Of a DNA stretch of 64,000 bases, positions 29,202 through 39,381 are shown in pieces. The first letter of the stretch is position 1. Every line of letters begins with the position of its first letter. Made by a program: the position numbers and the translations under genes. The notes beneath the pieces were generated by a model. It was not told the origin of the DNA. It saw only the letters and a list, made by a program, of their open reading frames with translations, and searched no databases. The DNA comes from Trypanosoma brucei (Eukaryota). The DNA is taken from the NCBI GenBank assembly GCA_000002445.1, contig CP000071.1, positions 2,304,001 through 2,368,000 of the forward strand, written 5' to 3'.

Positions 29202-32200
29202 ATGGCTTCCTTCATGCGTCTTGTTACTCCACTTGGCGCTGCAGTGGCTTGCAGTCATCTCCTCATGGTTGTGTTACCGCTGCTGTTACTTATTCCTGGT
29301 TTATGTGCTGATAAAGACTGTAACAGCAGTGGTAAAGTGTCAGTGAAAGTGCACAGTTTGTTGTACAGCTCTAAGATATCAAGTAAAATCTATGAACCCG
29401 TCATTGCTGGTTTCAATGCCTCGCTACATGCGCATAATGATGATTTACCGGCAAATGTGTGCACAAAGGTTGAGCTCGTGCACGTTGTGAGTGGTGGGAA
29501 TCATATGAATACTATTGAGACGATGATTGGGGAGGGTGAAGAAAATAGTAATGAACTGCCCATTGTGCTGGGACCTTTTGGTGATGAGACTACTCTCCAT
29601 CTCACCTCGAAACTTGAGAAGTTAAAGGTAGTGGCCTTTTCTCCCTTTACTGGATCTTCGGATGTGCGTGTGTGGAAAAAGAATCTGTACTTCCTTACGG
29701 CATCGCCTGTTGCAGAGGTGCTTGCACTAATTCGTTATGCTGTGAGTCAATTGAGGCTTCAGCGACTGGGTTTTATGTACCTGAAGGGTGTGTTTTATGG
29801 CGATAAGGAGTACGAGCTGACACTTAAGGTAATGTCGATTATGGGCCGTAAATTGTGCGGTGTTTTCGAATTAGACAGCTCTACTGATAGAAGGGCTTCT
29901 GATGATGATTTTGAGGCTGCATGGAAAAGGTTTGCTCCCACGATGCCACAAGGTGTAATTGTGTTTGGTTCGCCAATTGAGGATACGAAGAGGTTCCTGA
30001 ATAGGTTATTGGGGAGCAATGAATTGAGAGGTGCTTATATATTAATTCCTTCCATGCTTCAATATGTTATCAAAAACAGTTGGCTGGATGATCTGCAATT
30101 ATTTAATTTGAATTTCTCGAAAGTGATAGTTGCGGGTCTGACTCCACTTGCAAATGATAATGAATACATAGCGGTACAGAAGTTTCAGACTGATATGGGG
30201 AAGTACCTGGGAAATAATGGAAAACTTAATGGTCACAATTATGAAAAGGGTCACTTCTACCAGCACAGTACTGACGGAGAATTGATGCTGCACGGATGGA
30301 TTGTGGGCGAGGTCTTGTGGCGTACACTGGGAAGTCGTGAATTACTGTGCAACCGTACAACTTACATGAACTCTCTGTACAACCAGCGTCGGTATGTTAT
30401 CGATGATCTTGTGATTGGTGATTTTGGTGGTGAATGTGAGGGGAAGGCTGGTCAGCGTGGAGCTGCATGCAAATGTAATCAAGGTGGAAATGTTGTTTAC
30501 ATGAAGAGGATGGGAACTGATCGGAATCTACATCCTGTGAAGGAGGGTGTAGTGACTCTCGCTTCATCACGCTGCTATACGAATCTCTTACAACTGTATG
30601 CCCCATTGAATGGTATAATGTTTCGACTAGAAGACAATCCATTGGCGCAGCGGATTACAGAGGAATATCGCGATGGCGCCTCCCTCGTTGTTGGAAAGGG
30701 CCAATTGGGTCAAGGTGATCGCTTCTTTTTGCATGAACTGAATTCGACATCGAGTGCGACAAAGCACAACATGTTAGAGGAGGTTAAAGAGCGTGTTGTG
30801 ACGGCTGTGTTCGGTGTTGTGGATGATGCGCTACTGTCGATGACAGATATGACATTTATTGATCCCATTCCTCTCAGTCCCAGGTTGAAACACCCCGGAA
30901 GGAATGCGTTGCATTTGTCTCCAACAATTGAGCAGCAGATTTTTGTTATAGTTAAAAACTTTGTTGTTAAAAATTCTTCAAGAAGAGTGCGTGCCATTGT
31001 TCGCGGTGGTGATGCACGTGGAATAAAATCTGTGCTACGAAGGACACTTTGGGTTTTTGGAAAGTTTTTGAGGGCAGTTGACACTATTAATGATGGTGAA
31101 AGTGTGAGGGGGATGTTGCATCGCAGTCGTGATTGTTTCGTTTTCGGTCTAACTGAAGCTGATATTACTGCAATTGCTGAGCATCTTGACAATCACAGGA
31201 AAGTGCGTGTATTTGTGTCGTTCTTCGATGTGGCACTGCTGTACAGTGAGTTTGTGAAGGTATTCAAAAAGCATCCGCAAGCTGCCGAGCGGTTACTATT
31301 CGCAACAAGCCTACCACACTGGGCAGACAACAATACGACATCCGAGACGGTTCAGGAATTTCACAGGGACGTGGGGATTCAGAGTAAATGGACTCCACTG
31401 GCGCTGCTTGGGTATGCGACTGCACGTGCAATGGAAAGTGTTGTGTCGCGAATGGGGCGTGTGAACTCAGAAGAGCTTATCAACGCCATATTCAGTCAGT
31501 CTGTAATTGTAGCGGATGACATGTGGTATGGACCCTTTGAGGACAGTTGCGCTAGCGGGTCCTCAGTGAAGGATTGCGCTGTGAATTACGGTGCGACACA
31601 TATTTCCGTGTGGTCCATGGCTCGTGTGTTGAATCCTTCCGTACCTCCTGTTAGCCAACCCGAAAGTCCATCGATACATTATTATAGTAATGGATTGAAT
31701 ATGACTGAGGAAGAATTTATTGGCACAATTGTGGGTACCATTTTGTGTTTGATAGCACTTGTGCTGATAGTAACAGTTATACGGAGGTTAATGCGTCTTA
31801 ACGCGCGGGATAACGAGAACGCACCAAAAGAATTGACAGACCCCGTAACGCTAATATTCACTGACATCGAGAGCAGCACTGCGCAGTGGGCAGCACACCC
31901 TGAGCTTATGCCTGATGCCGTTGCAACACATCACCGCCTAATTCGCACATTGATTTCCAAGTATGGATGCTATGAAGTGAAGACTGTTGGAGATTCTTTT
32001 ATGATTGCATGCAAGAGCCCTTTCGCTGCTACGCAATTAGCATGTGACCTGCAACGATGCTTTTTAGAACATGATTGGAAGACTGATGTGTTTGATACGT
32101 CTTATCGTGAGTTTGAGCGGCAGCGTGCGGAAGATGATGGGGATTATGTTCCACCCACTGGCCATCTTGACCCTGATGTTTACAGTCGGTTGTGGAATGG

Positions 32201-32954
32201 ACTGCGAGTGCGTGTTGGAATCCACACCGGGTTGTGTGATATTCGGCATGATGAAGTGACGAAAGGATATGACTACTACGGTCGTACATCGAATATGGCA
32301 GCACGGACTGAGAGCATTGCTAATGGGGGGCAGGTGCTGTTCACACGTTCGACATACCTTTCATTGAGTACTTCGGAGCGTGAGCAATTAAATGTGACTG
32401 CATTGGGTGATGTGCCACTGCGTGGTGTGCCGGAACCTGTGGAGATGTACCAATTGAATGCGGTACCCGGAAGGACATTCGCGGCACTGCGACTTGACTG
32501 TCAAATTATTGATGAAGATGATACGAGTGGTGCTTGCAGTGAAGCAAGTTCTGTTGGGATTGGTCTTGGTGATGCCGCTCAACAGGTTGCTGCTTGCATT
32601 GAAGCACTACTTGGTGCATTCCCCACTGCGCAGCGTAAGAAATTACTTATGCCATTTTGTAACCGATGGGGAGTTTCGGCGCCTCGCAATGTTTCTGATA
32701 CGTGGGATGATACCACGTGCCATGCTGTTACTCGCCTGCTTGCCGCGAAGGTTGGTCGTGTTGTGGATTTTGGGACGCGGACTGGTATTGGTAGTTTAGG
32801 CGCTAGCATAAGACGTGGTTCCTTTATATCACCAATGGCGTCTCGTATTGATATTCGTGGTAGTTCTTTTGCTCCTAGTGATATTGATGTTGGTGTGAGA
32901 ACGGTTCATTTTATTGGTCTACCAGATGATGATGCTGGAAGGTGTTCTCATTAG
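29202..32954 (+). CDS. GRESAG4: Receptor-type adenylate cyclase, copy 7 (1250 aa). This is a divergent edge paralog with a distinct N-terminal patch, a replaced ectodomain segment, a replaced juxtamembrane segment and a unique C-terminal tail (...GTRTGIGSLGASIRRGSFISPMASRIDIRGSSFAPSDIDVGVRTVHFIGLPDDDAGRCSH*).
   Basis: ORF 29058..32954, with the first ATG at 29202. The cyclase catalytic core is conserved. The flank after 32954 starts like an A element for ~170 bp and then becomes unique sequence. Confidence 0.88.
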   Translation: MASFMRLVTPLGAAVACSHLLMVVLPLLLLIPGLCADKDCNSSGKVSVKVHSLLYSSKISSKIYEPVIAGFNASLHAHNDDLPANVCTKVELVHVVSGGNHMNTIETMIGEGEENSNELPIVLGPFGDETTLHLTSKLEKLKVVAFSPFTGSSDVRVWKKNLYFLTASPVAEVLALIRYAVSQLRLQRLGFMYLKGVFYGDKEYELTLKVMSIMGRKLCGVFELDSSTDRRASDDDFEAAWKRFAPTMPQGVIVFGSPIEDTKRFLNRLLGSNELRGAYILIPSMLQYVIKNSWLDDLQLFNLNFSKVIVAGLTPLANDNEYIAVQKFQTDMGKYLGNNGKLNGHNYEKGHFYQHSTDGELMLHGWIVGEVLWRTLGSRELLCNRTTYMNSLYNQRRYVIDDLVIGDFGGECEGKAGQRGAACKCNQGGNVVYMKRMGTDRNLHPVKEGVVTLASSRCYTNLLQLYAPLNGIMFRLEDNPLAQRITEEYRDGASLVVGKGQLGQGDRFFLHELNSTSSATKHNMLEEVKERVVTAVFGVVDDALLSMTDMTFIDPIPLSPRLKHPGRNALHLSPTIEQQIFVIVKNFVVKNSSRRVRAIVRGGDARGIKSVLRRTLWVFGKFLRAVDTINDGESVRGMLHRSRDCFVFGLTEADITAIAEHLDNHRKVRVFVSFFDVALLYSEFVKVFKKHPQAAERLLFATSLPHWADNNTTSETVQEFHRDVGIQSKWTPLALLGYATARAMESVVSRMGRVNSEELINAIFSQSVIVADDMWYGPFEDSCASGSSVKDCAVNYGATHISVWSMARVLNPSVPPVSQPESPSIHYYSNGLNMTEEEFIGTIVGTILCLIALVLIVTVIRRLMRLNARDNENAPKELTDPVTLIFTDIESSTAQWAAHPELMPDAVATHHRLIRTLISKYGCYEVKTVGDSFMIACKSPFAATQLACDLQRCFLEHDWKTDVFDTSYREFERQRAEDDGDYVPPTGHLDPDVYSRLWNGLRVRVGIHTGLCDIRHDEVTKGYDYYGRTSNMAARTESIANGGQVLFTRSTYLSLSTSEREQLNVTALGDVPLRGVPEPVEMYQLNAVPGRTFAALRLDCQIIDEDDTSGACSEASSVGIGLGDAAQQVAACIEALLGAFPTAQRKKLLMPFCNRWGVSAPRNVSDTWDDTTCHAVTRLLAAKVGRVVDFGTRTGIGSLGASIRRGSFISPMASRIDIRGSSFAPSDIDVGVRTVHFIGLPDDDAGRCSH

Positions 32955-34137
32955 CATTGAAATATGTGTCCATTATTGCCAGAATAATTGGATAAGGTTC
33001 AATACATGATCTGTGCATGTTTCTTTTTAGATTCATTGTTTTCGATAATATTCGTTTTAGGTTGCCTTTACTACTTCTATGTATACACAGCGTCCTTCTC
33101 ACATGTTGGATGCTCCATATATCTTTGGTTTGGAATAATGTTGCCTTGAGGGCTGTTTGGTGTTTGACGTATGTGGTTGTGTGTTGTCTTATTGTTGTTT
33201 CGTTTTTTGCGTTATTTGAGCTTTTTGAATACGTCTTGTGATCTTTTGTTTTCCCTCTTTTTTGTGTTATATTTTTCTTTATGTTCCTTTTTCATGATAT
33301 AGGCGATGTACCCAATATTTTAACTTGTTGTTTAATGCTTTACTGAAGACATGTAGTGCAGGTTTCTTACCGTTTGCTGCGGGTTTCCGTCACTGCAGGG
33401 TGGAGGTGTTTGCCTTGTTTAATGTGTTTATTTTTACTTAACTTTCTCCTTAAATTCGGTATTTTAAAAAACCTATGTATGAGTTGCCCTGGTACTGATA
33501 ACTTCTTTTCGCGTTGTACTTTCTTGTGTGATTAACGGTTTTTATTATTGTTTTCTGTGACATCTTGCCTGTTCTCTTTCTCTTTTATTTTACCGTTAGG
33601 TTCCTTAAGGCATATGATGGAGAGAGTTGTACGCTGTGCTCTTTCGGTTGGAACTGGTTGATTGAATGTTGATCGTATTTTTTTGAGTGGGCTTCGTTTT
33701 GCCACTGGAATGCGAACGATAGCCTTCTGGGTTTGTTACACCGGCTTCATTCGTATGCGTGCTGATGTCTAATTGTTTTTTTTTAAATTTGTTCTTACAA
33801 GTAGATGAGGTTGGTTCGTGTGGCTATTAATGATGGAATGTGTGTGTGTGTTACGGCGATTTGTCGTAATTGTGGTCGGTGGCGTATATGAACCTGTGGG
33901 GTTGCGTCAGCGGAGCGTCTGCCTCAGCGCGTGGCCCCATTGTGGCAGCAACAGCAAAAATTAATATAGTCACTGTTGTTACATCCATATATGTATTTAT
34001 GTATTGTGCTGTTGTAAGTGTGGAGACTAGCCATTTTTTTAGTTGATGTACCTTCTGGAGTAGTTGTTTAACCTATTTTTTAATTCTCATTTATTGTCTA
34101 GTTCTTGTTTTGTTTTGTTGCGTCATTAGAGTTTCCG

Positions 34138-37100
34138 ATGAACCCAATATATACGCTGGTCGAATTGAGGGGCTGGAGTGATATACACGAAGTGAGACAA
34201 CGATGCTCGGGACGCGATGTTGCGCAGCCACTTCTGGGGTTGCAGCTCTCGGATGCTGAGATGCTAAAATGGGTTGAGAGTAAAGAGCGCCAAATCTACT
34301 CGGCACTCGCACGGCGTTTTCTCCACCTAATTCGTGAAAATCCTTCGAGCACTGAGTTTGTGGAGATCTCAGGTGAGTTTACTCAAGTGGTGATGGACTC
34401 GGTTATTGACCCGTTGGCGAAGATTTGTAAACTACTGCCCGCTCGTGGTGAACCATTGCAAGGGAACGACAGCAAGTTTTGCGTGAGTAGCATGAATAAG
34501 ATGTCTTCACCATCACTATCGGAAGGGGGCAGTCCGCTCGTTGTGAAGCGTGTAGGAATAAAAGGGGGGATAAAGTTTTATAGTGGTGTTACACGGTGGG
34601 AATGGATGGATCTCTTTTCTAACAAGGAGGCTGCTGTGGGGAAAGGGTGTGTATTGAAAACATTGCTGGGGGAGACGCCATCATTTGAACAATGGAATGC
34701 CTCCACGCTTGCGGCGCTGCGGCGTGTTGGTGACGTTGTGAGTGAGGTGCAAAAGGATTTGATGTCGGCACTAAATCGTCTTGCTGCTGGACGCTTTGGA
34801 CGTGTGATCGATGAAGTTAGCGGTAAAGGGTGCAATTCGCTGTGGACAGAATTAGTTTTCATGGTAGAGGATGCCTTCGATGATGTTGTGACGGATGCTG
34901 TAGAGCTCATTTTGTGGAGTATACATCAGTGTTTCTTAGAAGGTGGTGTGTTTGCAGGTCATCCGATGTTTTCACTCAAGGCGTTCTGGCAGTATAGTAG
35001 CTGTAGCGCTGCACTGAGCCCAGCGCCCTCCGAGGTTCACGAACGCCTAATGAACCGTGTGAAGAAGGAGCTCATTTGGAATATTGTGCCGGAGTTTGAC
35101 CTCAACCAAATGATCAAGCGCCAGGTGTCAGGTGGTCCGCGACTGCGAAGGGCTGCGCTGCGCAACAGGCTGTTGGAAGAAGGGAAAATGAAGCGAAGGT
35201 GGGATGCGATTCACTTCGCGGCAAGCCAGAGGTGCGACGAGCTTCAGGAGTCGCTGCAGGCTTTAACTGAATCGTATAGCTTTTACTTTTCCAGTGAGAA
35301 CGAGTTCCCTCAGATGAACTACCAGCGGCTGTGGGAGGTGCGCGAAGGATTGCGAAGTTCTTTAACACACCCCGTGTTGCCTGTTGGCTCAGGTGTATTT
35401 GTGGTACACAGGGATTCTCTCCACCAGGTAGCCGCGGACAAATTGGAGGTCGCCTTCAAGAAGGTTGTAGATGAGAGTAAGTGTGCTGATGCACTTAGTC
35501 GGGAAACGATAACTGCAGCCCGTATGAAGGCGCTAGCAGCGGAATCCGATTTGGAGTTCTATTCAAACTCCTTGCGCGCGCGGATGGATGCGTTCAGCCG
35601 ACGGCGGAAGGTTCAAGGAAAGTATGATAGGGGGCTAGATCCGTTTGCACACGTCACACGATTAATCAACGAGCAGAGAAATGACGAGGATCGTCTACGT
35701 GGCCAGTTTACAATACTGGTAAAGAAGAACCCCATACAGGTTGACTCGGCTGTGGTTGCCCCCACCGATACCGCTACTGATAATGGCTTAGCTTCTTTTT
35801 CAGTGACTGATGCAGCGTCTACGGCATCTTCTGCCAACACTGAGAGGAAGCGATCCTTACCCAAACATGTATCTTATAGGGATGCGCGTACTTTGAAACC
35901 TCCTGTTTCCTTAAACGACGCCAATAATGTAGATTCTGGGGGAAGTGGGGCACTGCCACCTGCGAAACCCTCAGCAGTTTACGCAGCCGGTATACAGCGA
36001 CCGCAATCCAACGAACACGTGGCGAAAGTAGGTGGTAAGAACTGCAGATTCAAACCGGGGCAGGGAATCTTGGAATCGTCCAAGGAGAGCGCGAGTTTTC
36101 AGCGGGCTGACCAACGCACAGTGAAAGCGCCTAATGAAAATGACACTATCGTTACCCCATTGGAGTTGATCAAAGAAGAGCATCACACGGCTATAGGGGA
36201 CGCCGGGCATGACGTAGAATTGCTGGAGCCAACAGACTCTGCAGCTGCTCCCGTGTGCCCATTTCCGTCGCATGAAGAGAAGGAGGCACCACGTCCCATA
36301 TCAGAGTTTTTCCCCCTTTTCCCCAAGCAGTGCCCTCCAGTTTCCCAACAAGATGCCGATGTTGATGCTGCTGAAGCACCACTGCAGTCGCAGCGGAGGG
36401 AGGACCACATGATATCCTCTCCGGAAGTTGCACAACCGATCATTCAGCACACGTGCCCGGATGGCGCCGAAGAATGTTCTGCTGCGTCTGAGAAATCACC
36501 ATTAGCTGTGAAGGGGGCCGTAGCTTCCGCACCACAGGAGGGGTGTGATGCACCGGAGGTTGCAGCTTCTGCCTTAAAGGACGAGGAGCGCAAAGAATAC
36601 CTTCGAAAGCTGGAGCTGCTTCACTTCAACGTGGGTGCCGTTGAGGCATCAGAAGGTCGCGTTCGCGCCATCAAGAAGTTGTTACCGTTTTTGCCTGACA
36701 TGCCTTGTGAGGGCGTTTTCATTGAGGACATAAACTTATCGGACTCCCGAATAGAAACGTCGATGAACCGCTTGCGAGCAGTGCGGGGAAGTGCAACAGT
36801 GCTGCGCAACTACAGGGACATCGCACTTGTTGAGGACTCAGTCAGCGCGATCATAGAGTCGGTTGCTGAAGAGTTGGCTACATTGACCCTTCGCATGCTT
36901 TTGCGCTTTCCCTTTCTAGAGGGTCGCATTTGTGGCGTGCTCCTGGGGAATCTTCAGGTTTTGGAGGTGGATGACGAGTTCCAGTCGCTCATAACTCTTT
37001 ATCGCTCCTCCCAGAAGGGGCAGGGCCCCACTGAAAGTATTGAGCACTGCCTGCGCGTTCGTGCCCGCGCGCTGGCTAATGAGTGTCCATACGTTGTCAC

Positions 37101-39381
37101 CCCCGACCGTTACGAGGGTCACATGATTACACTACAGAAAGATGCTGCTGATGCTGTGACAGGTGAAAGGCCACACAATGATAGCCTTCAGGAGACGACG
37201 CGACAAGGGTCCGCCGAAGGGGCACTTAAACGGCAACAGGGAAGCAGGGCGTCAGTTTCCACTGCGGAAGTGCCAAAGCTCACGCAGCGAACGATATCAC
37301 CAGAGGTTCCTGTACCGTCACCACCTTCTTTACCAGTTGAGAAAACTGCTGAGACTGCGCCGTCGCTTCGCTTTGTTCGTAATATTCATGTGCACGAACA
37401 GCCCCCACTGAGGTGCGAGGATGAGGTTCCCCTGGCTACCGATAGTAACTCCAGGAGCCACAAGGCAGTTCCCAGCTTTACTTCCGTTGTCCAAACGAGA
37501 AGAGTGCTTTCCCCTGGCAATCCACAATCTTCCGTTGGAGAACAAAGTTGCAAAACTGATCAATCAGTTATGAAATCCAATGTTTCAGTGGAGGGGGATG
37601 CCAACACTCGAAAGAACTCCGCGCAGACCCGCGCTGCTGTGTCTTCAACGAGTAGTATGCGGGAAAATAGGGTGCTAACAAATGCGCAGTCACATGGGTG
37701 GTCCGTGCATTCGATGGGCTCGGCGAAGAGCGATAATCTGAATTCAACTGCGCTCAGCAAAGAAAGGCATACTCCGGATGCACAGTTGTTGGCAGTAAGG
37801 AAGGAGTGTACCGTTCCTACTCGCGACTCGCGTGGCAGTGGACCACCACGTGAGAAAGGAGAGTGTAAAGATAGCGGTGAGTCTGAATCCACAAAAACGA
37901 GCTTTTTTGACACGATTGAGAAGGGTCTGATGGATGAGCGAATGCATTTGCAGGAGTTGGAGACCATTCTTCGACAAGTTGTTAAGGGCTGTGAAGCCGT
38001 GCCGAACATCGCTAAACCAAAATCTCCAGGGCTTAGAGCAGCGAAGTCTACGAGCGTACTGCCGTGTGTGTCAGCTGCGCCGGGCGTGGTGGAATGTGGC
38101 CCTGAGTCTTCGAATACATCACCCTTAACAGAGAAGACTTCAGCATCATCACAGTCAAAATGGGCGTCACCGTCACCGGCACTACTTGGAAAGGTAAAAA
38201 CGGTGCCAAGACCGCCGTCGACGGGCCGCTTCGTTAGTAGGGCCCCCGTGTCATCCCCTCGCCCAGGTTTAGAGCCTGATGGAAGCATGACGTCGAACCC
38301 ACCACAGGGAACTACGGCTACACGAGGGGAAAGAGAACAAGATGCACGCATGACGGGACGGCGGGCTGGCAGTGATCCCACGTGGTGCAATGTAAGGGAT
38401 ACAAGCAACGCATGTGGGGATGAGTTTGAAAAGCACAAGCAGCGAGGTGATGCCTTTGAGGCTGCGGGTGACACCAACCATACGCTCTCTGGTGATTCCA
38501 ATCAAACTCAACCGTGGCCTAGGAGGAGGCCGGTACCTGATAGCAATGGGTCATGCTTCAAGAGTATCACTGATGCCGTTGTGAAGTCTTCATGGGGAAC
38601 GCTGGGCAGCGAGATGGAACCGGAGAGTGACAAGGCAAAACTTCCTTCTGTTTCAAACACTGCGCAGCGCGGAAAGCTGAACGGGCTCTTCCACAAATCG
38701 CAAACTTCGCAGATCAACAAAATGCCATGGGGACGCTTCACCATCTCGCATAATCCCCCGTCAAACGTTTCGCTCCCCAATGCATTTTCTTCCTCCTACT
38801 CAGCCGATTCATCCCGTATGGATCACGGCAACTCTCCTCCCTTCCCGCAGCTCAGTCCAACGGCCAAATCCGATTCCCCGCCGTGCCGCACGCATGAAAA
38901 CGAGGTGGATGGCCAACTAATGAACTCTGTGGGTCTTCGGCAGCAGTACGTTATCTTCTGCCGCCGAGCGTGTGTGAAACCTAACAGCATGTTGATGCGC
39001 TTATTTCCTGATAAACCCGGCGCCTTCGTTAGTCGCATTGACACCTCTGTGAATTATGTTGGTCCCAAAGGTTTCCTTCCCATCATGCAGGTGCTGCGAC
39101 TCAATGGTGGATTGGAGTATCTCAACTTAAGTCACAACAATTTGGAGAATGATGAAGTGGTGGAGCTTGTTCAGGTGCTGCTGACGGAGTGCGGGGCCTC
39201 CTTATGTTTCTTGGATTTGTCAAACAATCCCATTTCTCTCGTGGGCGGTGCGGCACTGCTGCGGCTCACTCAAATGAGGCCTCTGTTACTAACTGTACAT
39301 GTGAAGGGCACTTTGATTCCTCAACAGCTGTGTCGTAGCATTCAAGAGGCATGTGAGGCTAATGCGGCGGCTGGAGCGTAA
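34138..39381 (+). CDS. Hypothetical protein, 1747 aa, with extensive low-complexity Ser/Pro/Ala-rich regions and C-terminal leucine-rich repeats (LNGGLEYLNLSHNNLENDEVVELVQVLLTECGASLCFLDLSNNPISLVGGAALLRL).
   Basis: A single uninterrupted 5.2-kb ORF (34105..39381). The first in-frame ATG is at 34138 and is preceded by a pyrimidine-rich tract at 34070-34125. The LRR consensus LxxLxLxxNxL is visible in the last ~120 aa. Confidence 0.75.
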   Translation: MNPIYTLVELRGWSDIHEVRQRCSGRDVAQPLLGLQLSDAEMLKWVESKERQIYSALARRFLHLIRENPSSTEFVEISGEFTQVVMDSVIDPLAKICKLLPARGEPLQGNDSKFCVSSMNKMSSPSLSEGGSPLVVKRVGIKGGIKFYSGVTRWEWMDLFSNKEAAVGKGCVLKTLLGETPSFEQWNASTLAALRRVGDVVSEVQKDLMSALNRLAAGRFGRVIDEVSGKGCNSLWTELVFMVEDAFDDVVTDAVELILWSIHQCFLEGGVFAGHPMFSLKAFWQYSSCSAALSPAPSEVHERLMNRVKKELIWNIVPEFDLNQMIKRQVSGGPRLRRAALRNRLLEEGKMKRRWDAIHFAASQRCDELQESLQALTESYSFYFSSENEFPQMNYQRLWEVREGLRSSLTHPVLPVGSGVFVVHRDSLHQVAADKLEVAFKKVVDESKCADALSRETITAARMKALAAESDLEFYSNSLRARMDAFSRRRKVQGKYDRGLDPFAHVTRLINEQRNDEDRLRGQFTILVKKNPIQVDSAVVAPTDTATDNGLASFSVTDAASTASSANTERKRSLPKHVSYRDARTLKPPVSLNDANNVDSGGSGALPPAKPSAVYAAGIQRPQSNEHVAKVGGKNCRFKPGQGILESSKESASFQRADQRTVKAPNENDTIVTPLELIKEEHHTAIGDAGHDVELLEPTDSAAAPVCPFPSHEEKEAPRPISEFFPLFPKQCPPVSQQDADVDAAEAPLQSQRREDHMISSPEVAQPIIQHTCPDGAEECSAASEKSPLAVKGAVASAPQEGCDAPEVAASALKDEERKEYLRKLELLHFNVGAVEASEGRVRAIKKLLPFLPDMPCEGVFIEDINLSDSRIETSMNRLRAVRGSATVLRNYRDIALVEDSVSAIIESVAEELATLTLRMLLRFPFLEGRICGVLLGNLQVLEVDDEFQSLITLYRSSQKGQGPTESIEHCLRVRARALANECPYVVTPDRYEGHMITLQKDAADAVTGERPHNDSLQETTRQGSAEGALKRQQGSRASVSTAEVPKLTQRTISPEVPVPSPPSLPVEKTAETAPSLRFVRNIHVHEQPPLRCEDEVPLATDSNSRSHKAVPSFTSVVQTRRVLSPGNPQSSVGEQSCKTDQSVMKSNVSVEGDANTRKNSAQTRAAVSSTSSMRENRVLTNAQSHGWSVHSMGSAKSDNLNSTALSKERHTPDAQLLAVRKECTVPTRDSRGSGPPREKGECKDSGESESTKTSFFDTIEKGLMDERMHLQELETILRQVVKGCEAVPNIAKPKSPGLRAAKSTSVLPCVSAAPGVVECGPESSNTSPLTEKTSASSQSKWASPSPALLGKVKTVPRPPSTGRFVSRAPVSSPRPGLEPDGSMTSNPPQGTTATRGEREQDARMTGRRAGSDPTWCNVRDTSNACGDEFEKHKQRGDAFEAAGDTNHTLSGDSNQTQPWPRRRPVPDSNGSCFKSITDAVVKSSWGTLGSEMEPESDKAKLPSVSNTAQRGKLNGLFHKSQTSQINKMPWGRFTISHNPPSNVSLPNAFSSSYSADSSRMDHGNSPPFPQLSPTAKSDSPPCRTHENEVDGQLMNSVGLRQQYVIFCRRACVKPNSMLMRLFPDKPGAFVSRIDTSVNYVGPKGFLPIMQVLRLNGGLEYLNLSHNNLENDEVVELVQVLLTECGASLCFLDLSNNPISLVGGAALLRLTQMRPLLLTVHVKGTLIPQQLCRSIQEACEANAAAGA

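Noticed and set aside
37560-38501. A 313-aa minus-strand ORF antisense to the LRR-protein gene, and an 113-aa minus-strand ORF at 41770..42111 antisense to the 40967..42307 gene.
   Set aside because: They are fully nested antisense within longer same-region ORFs on the transcription-unit strand. Their Ser/Pro/Gly-rich translations are typical of antisense reading of GC-rich coding DNA.
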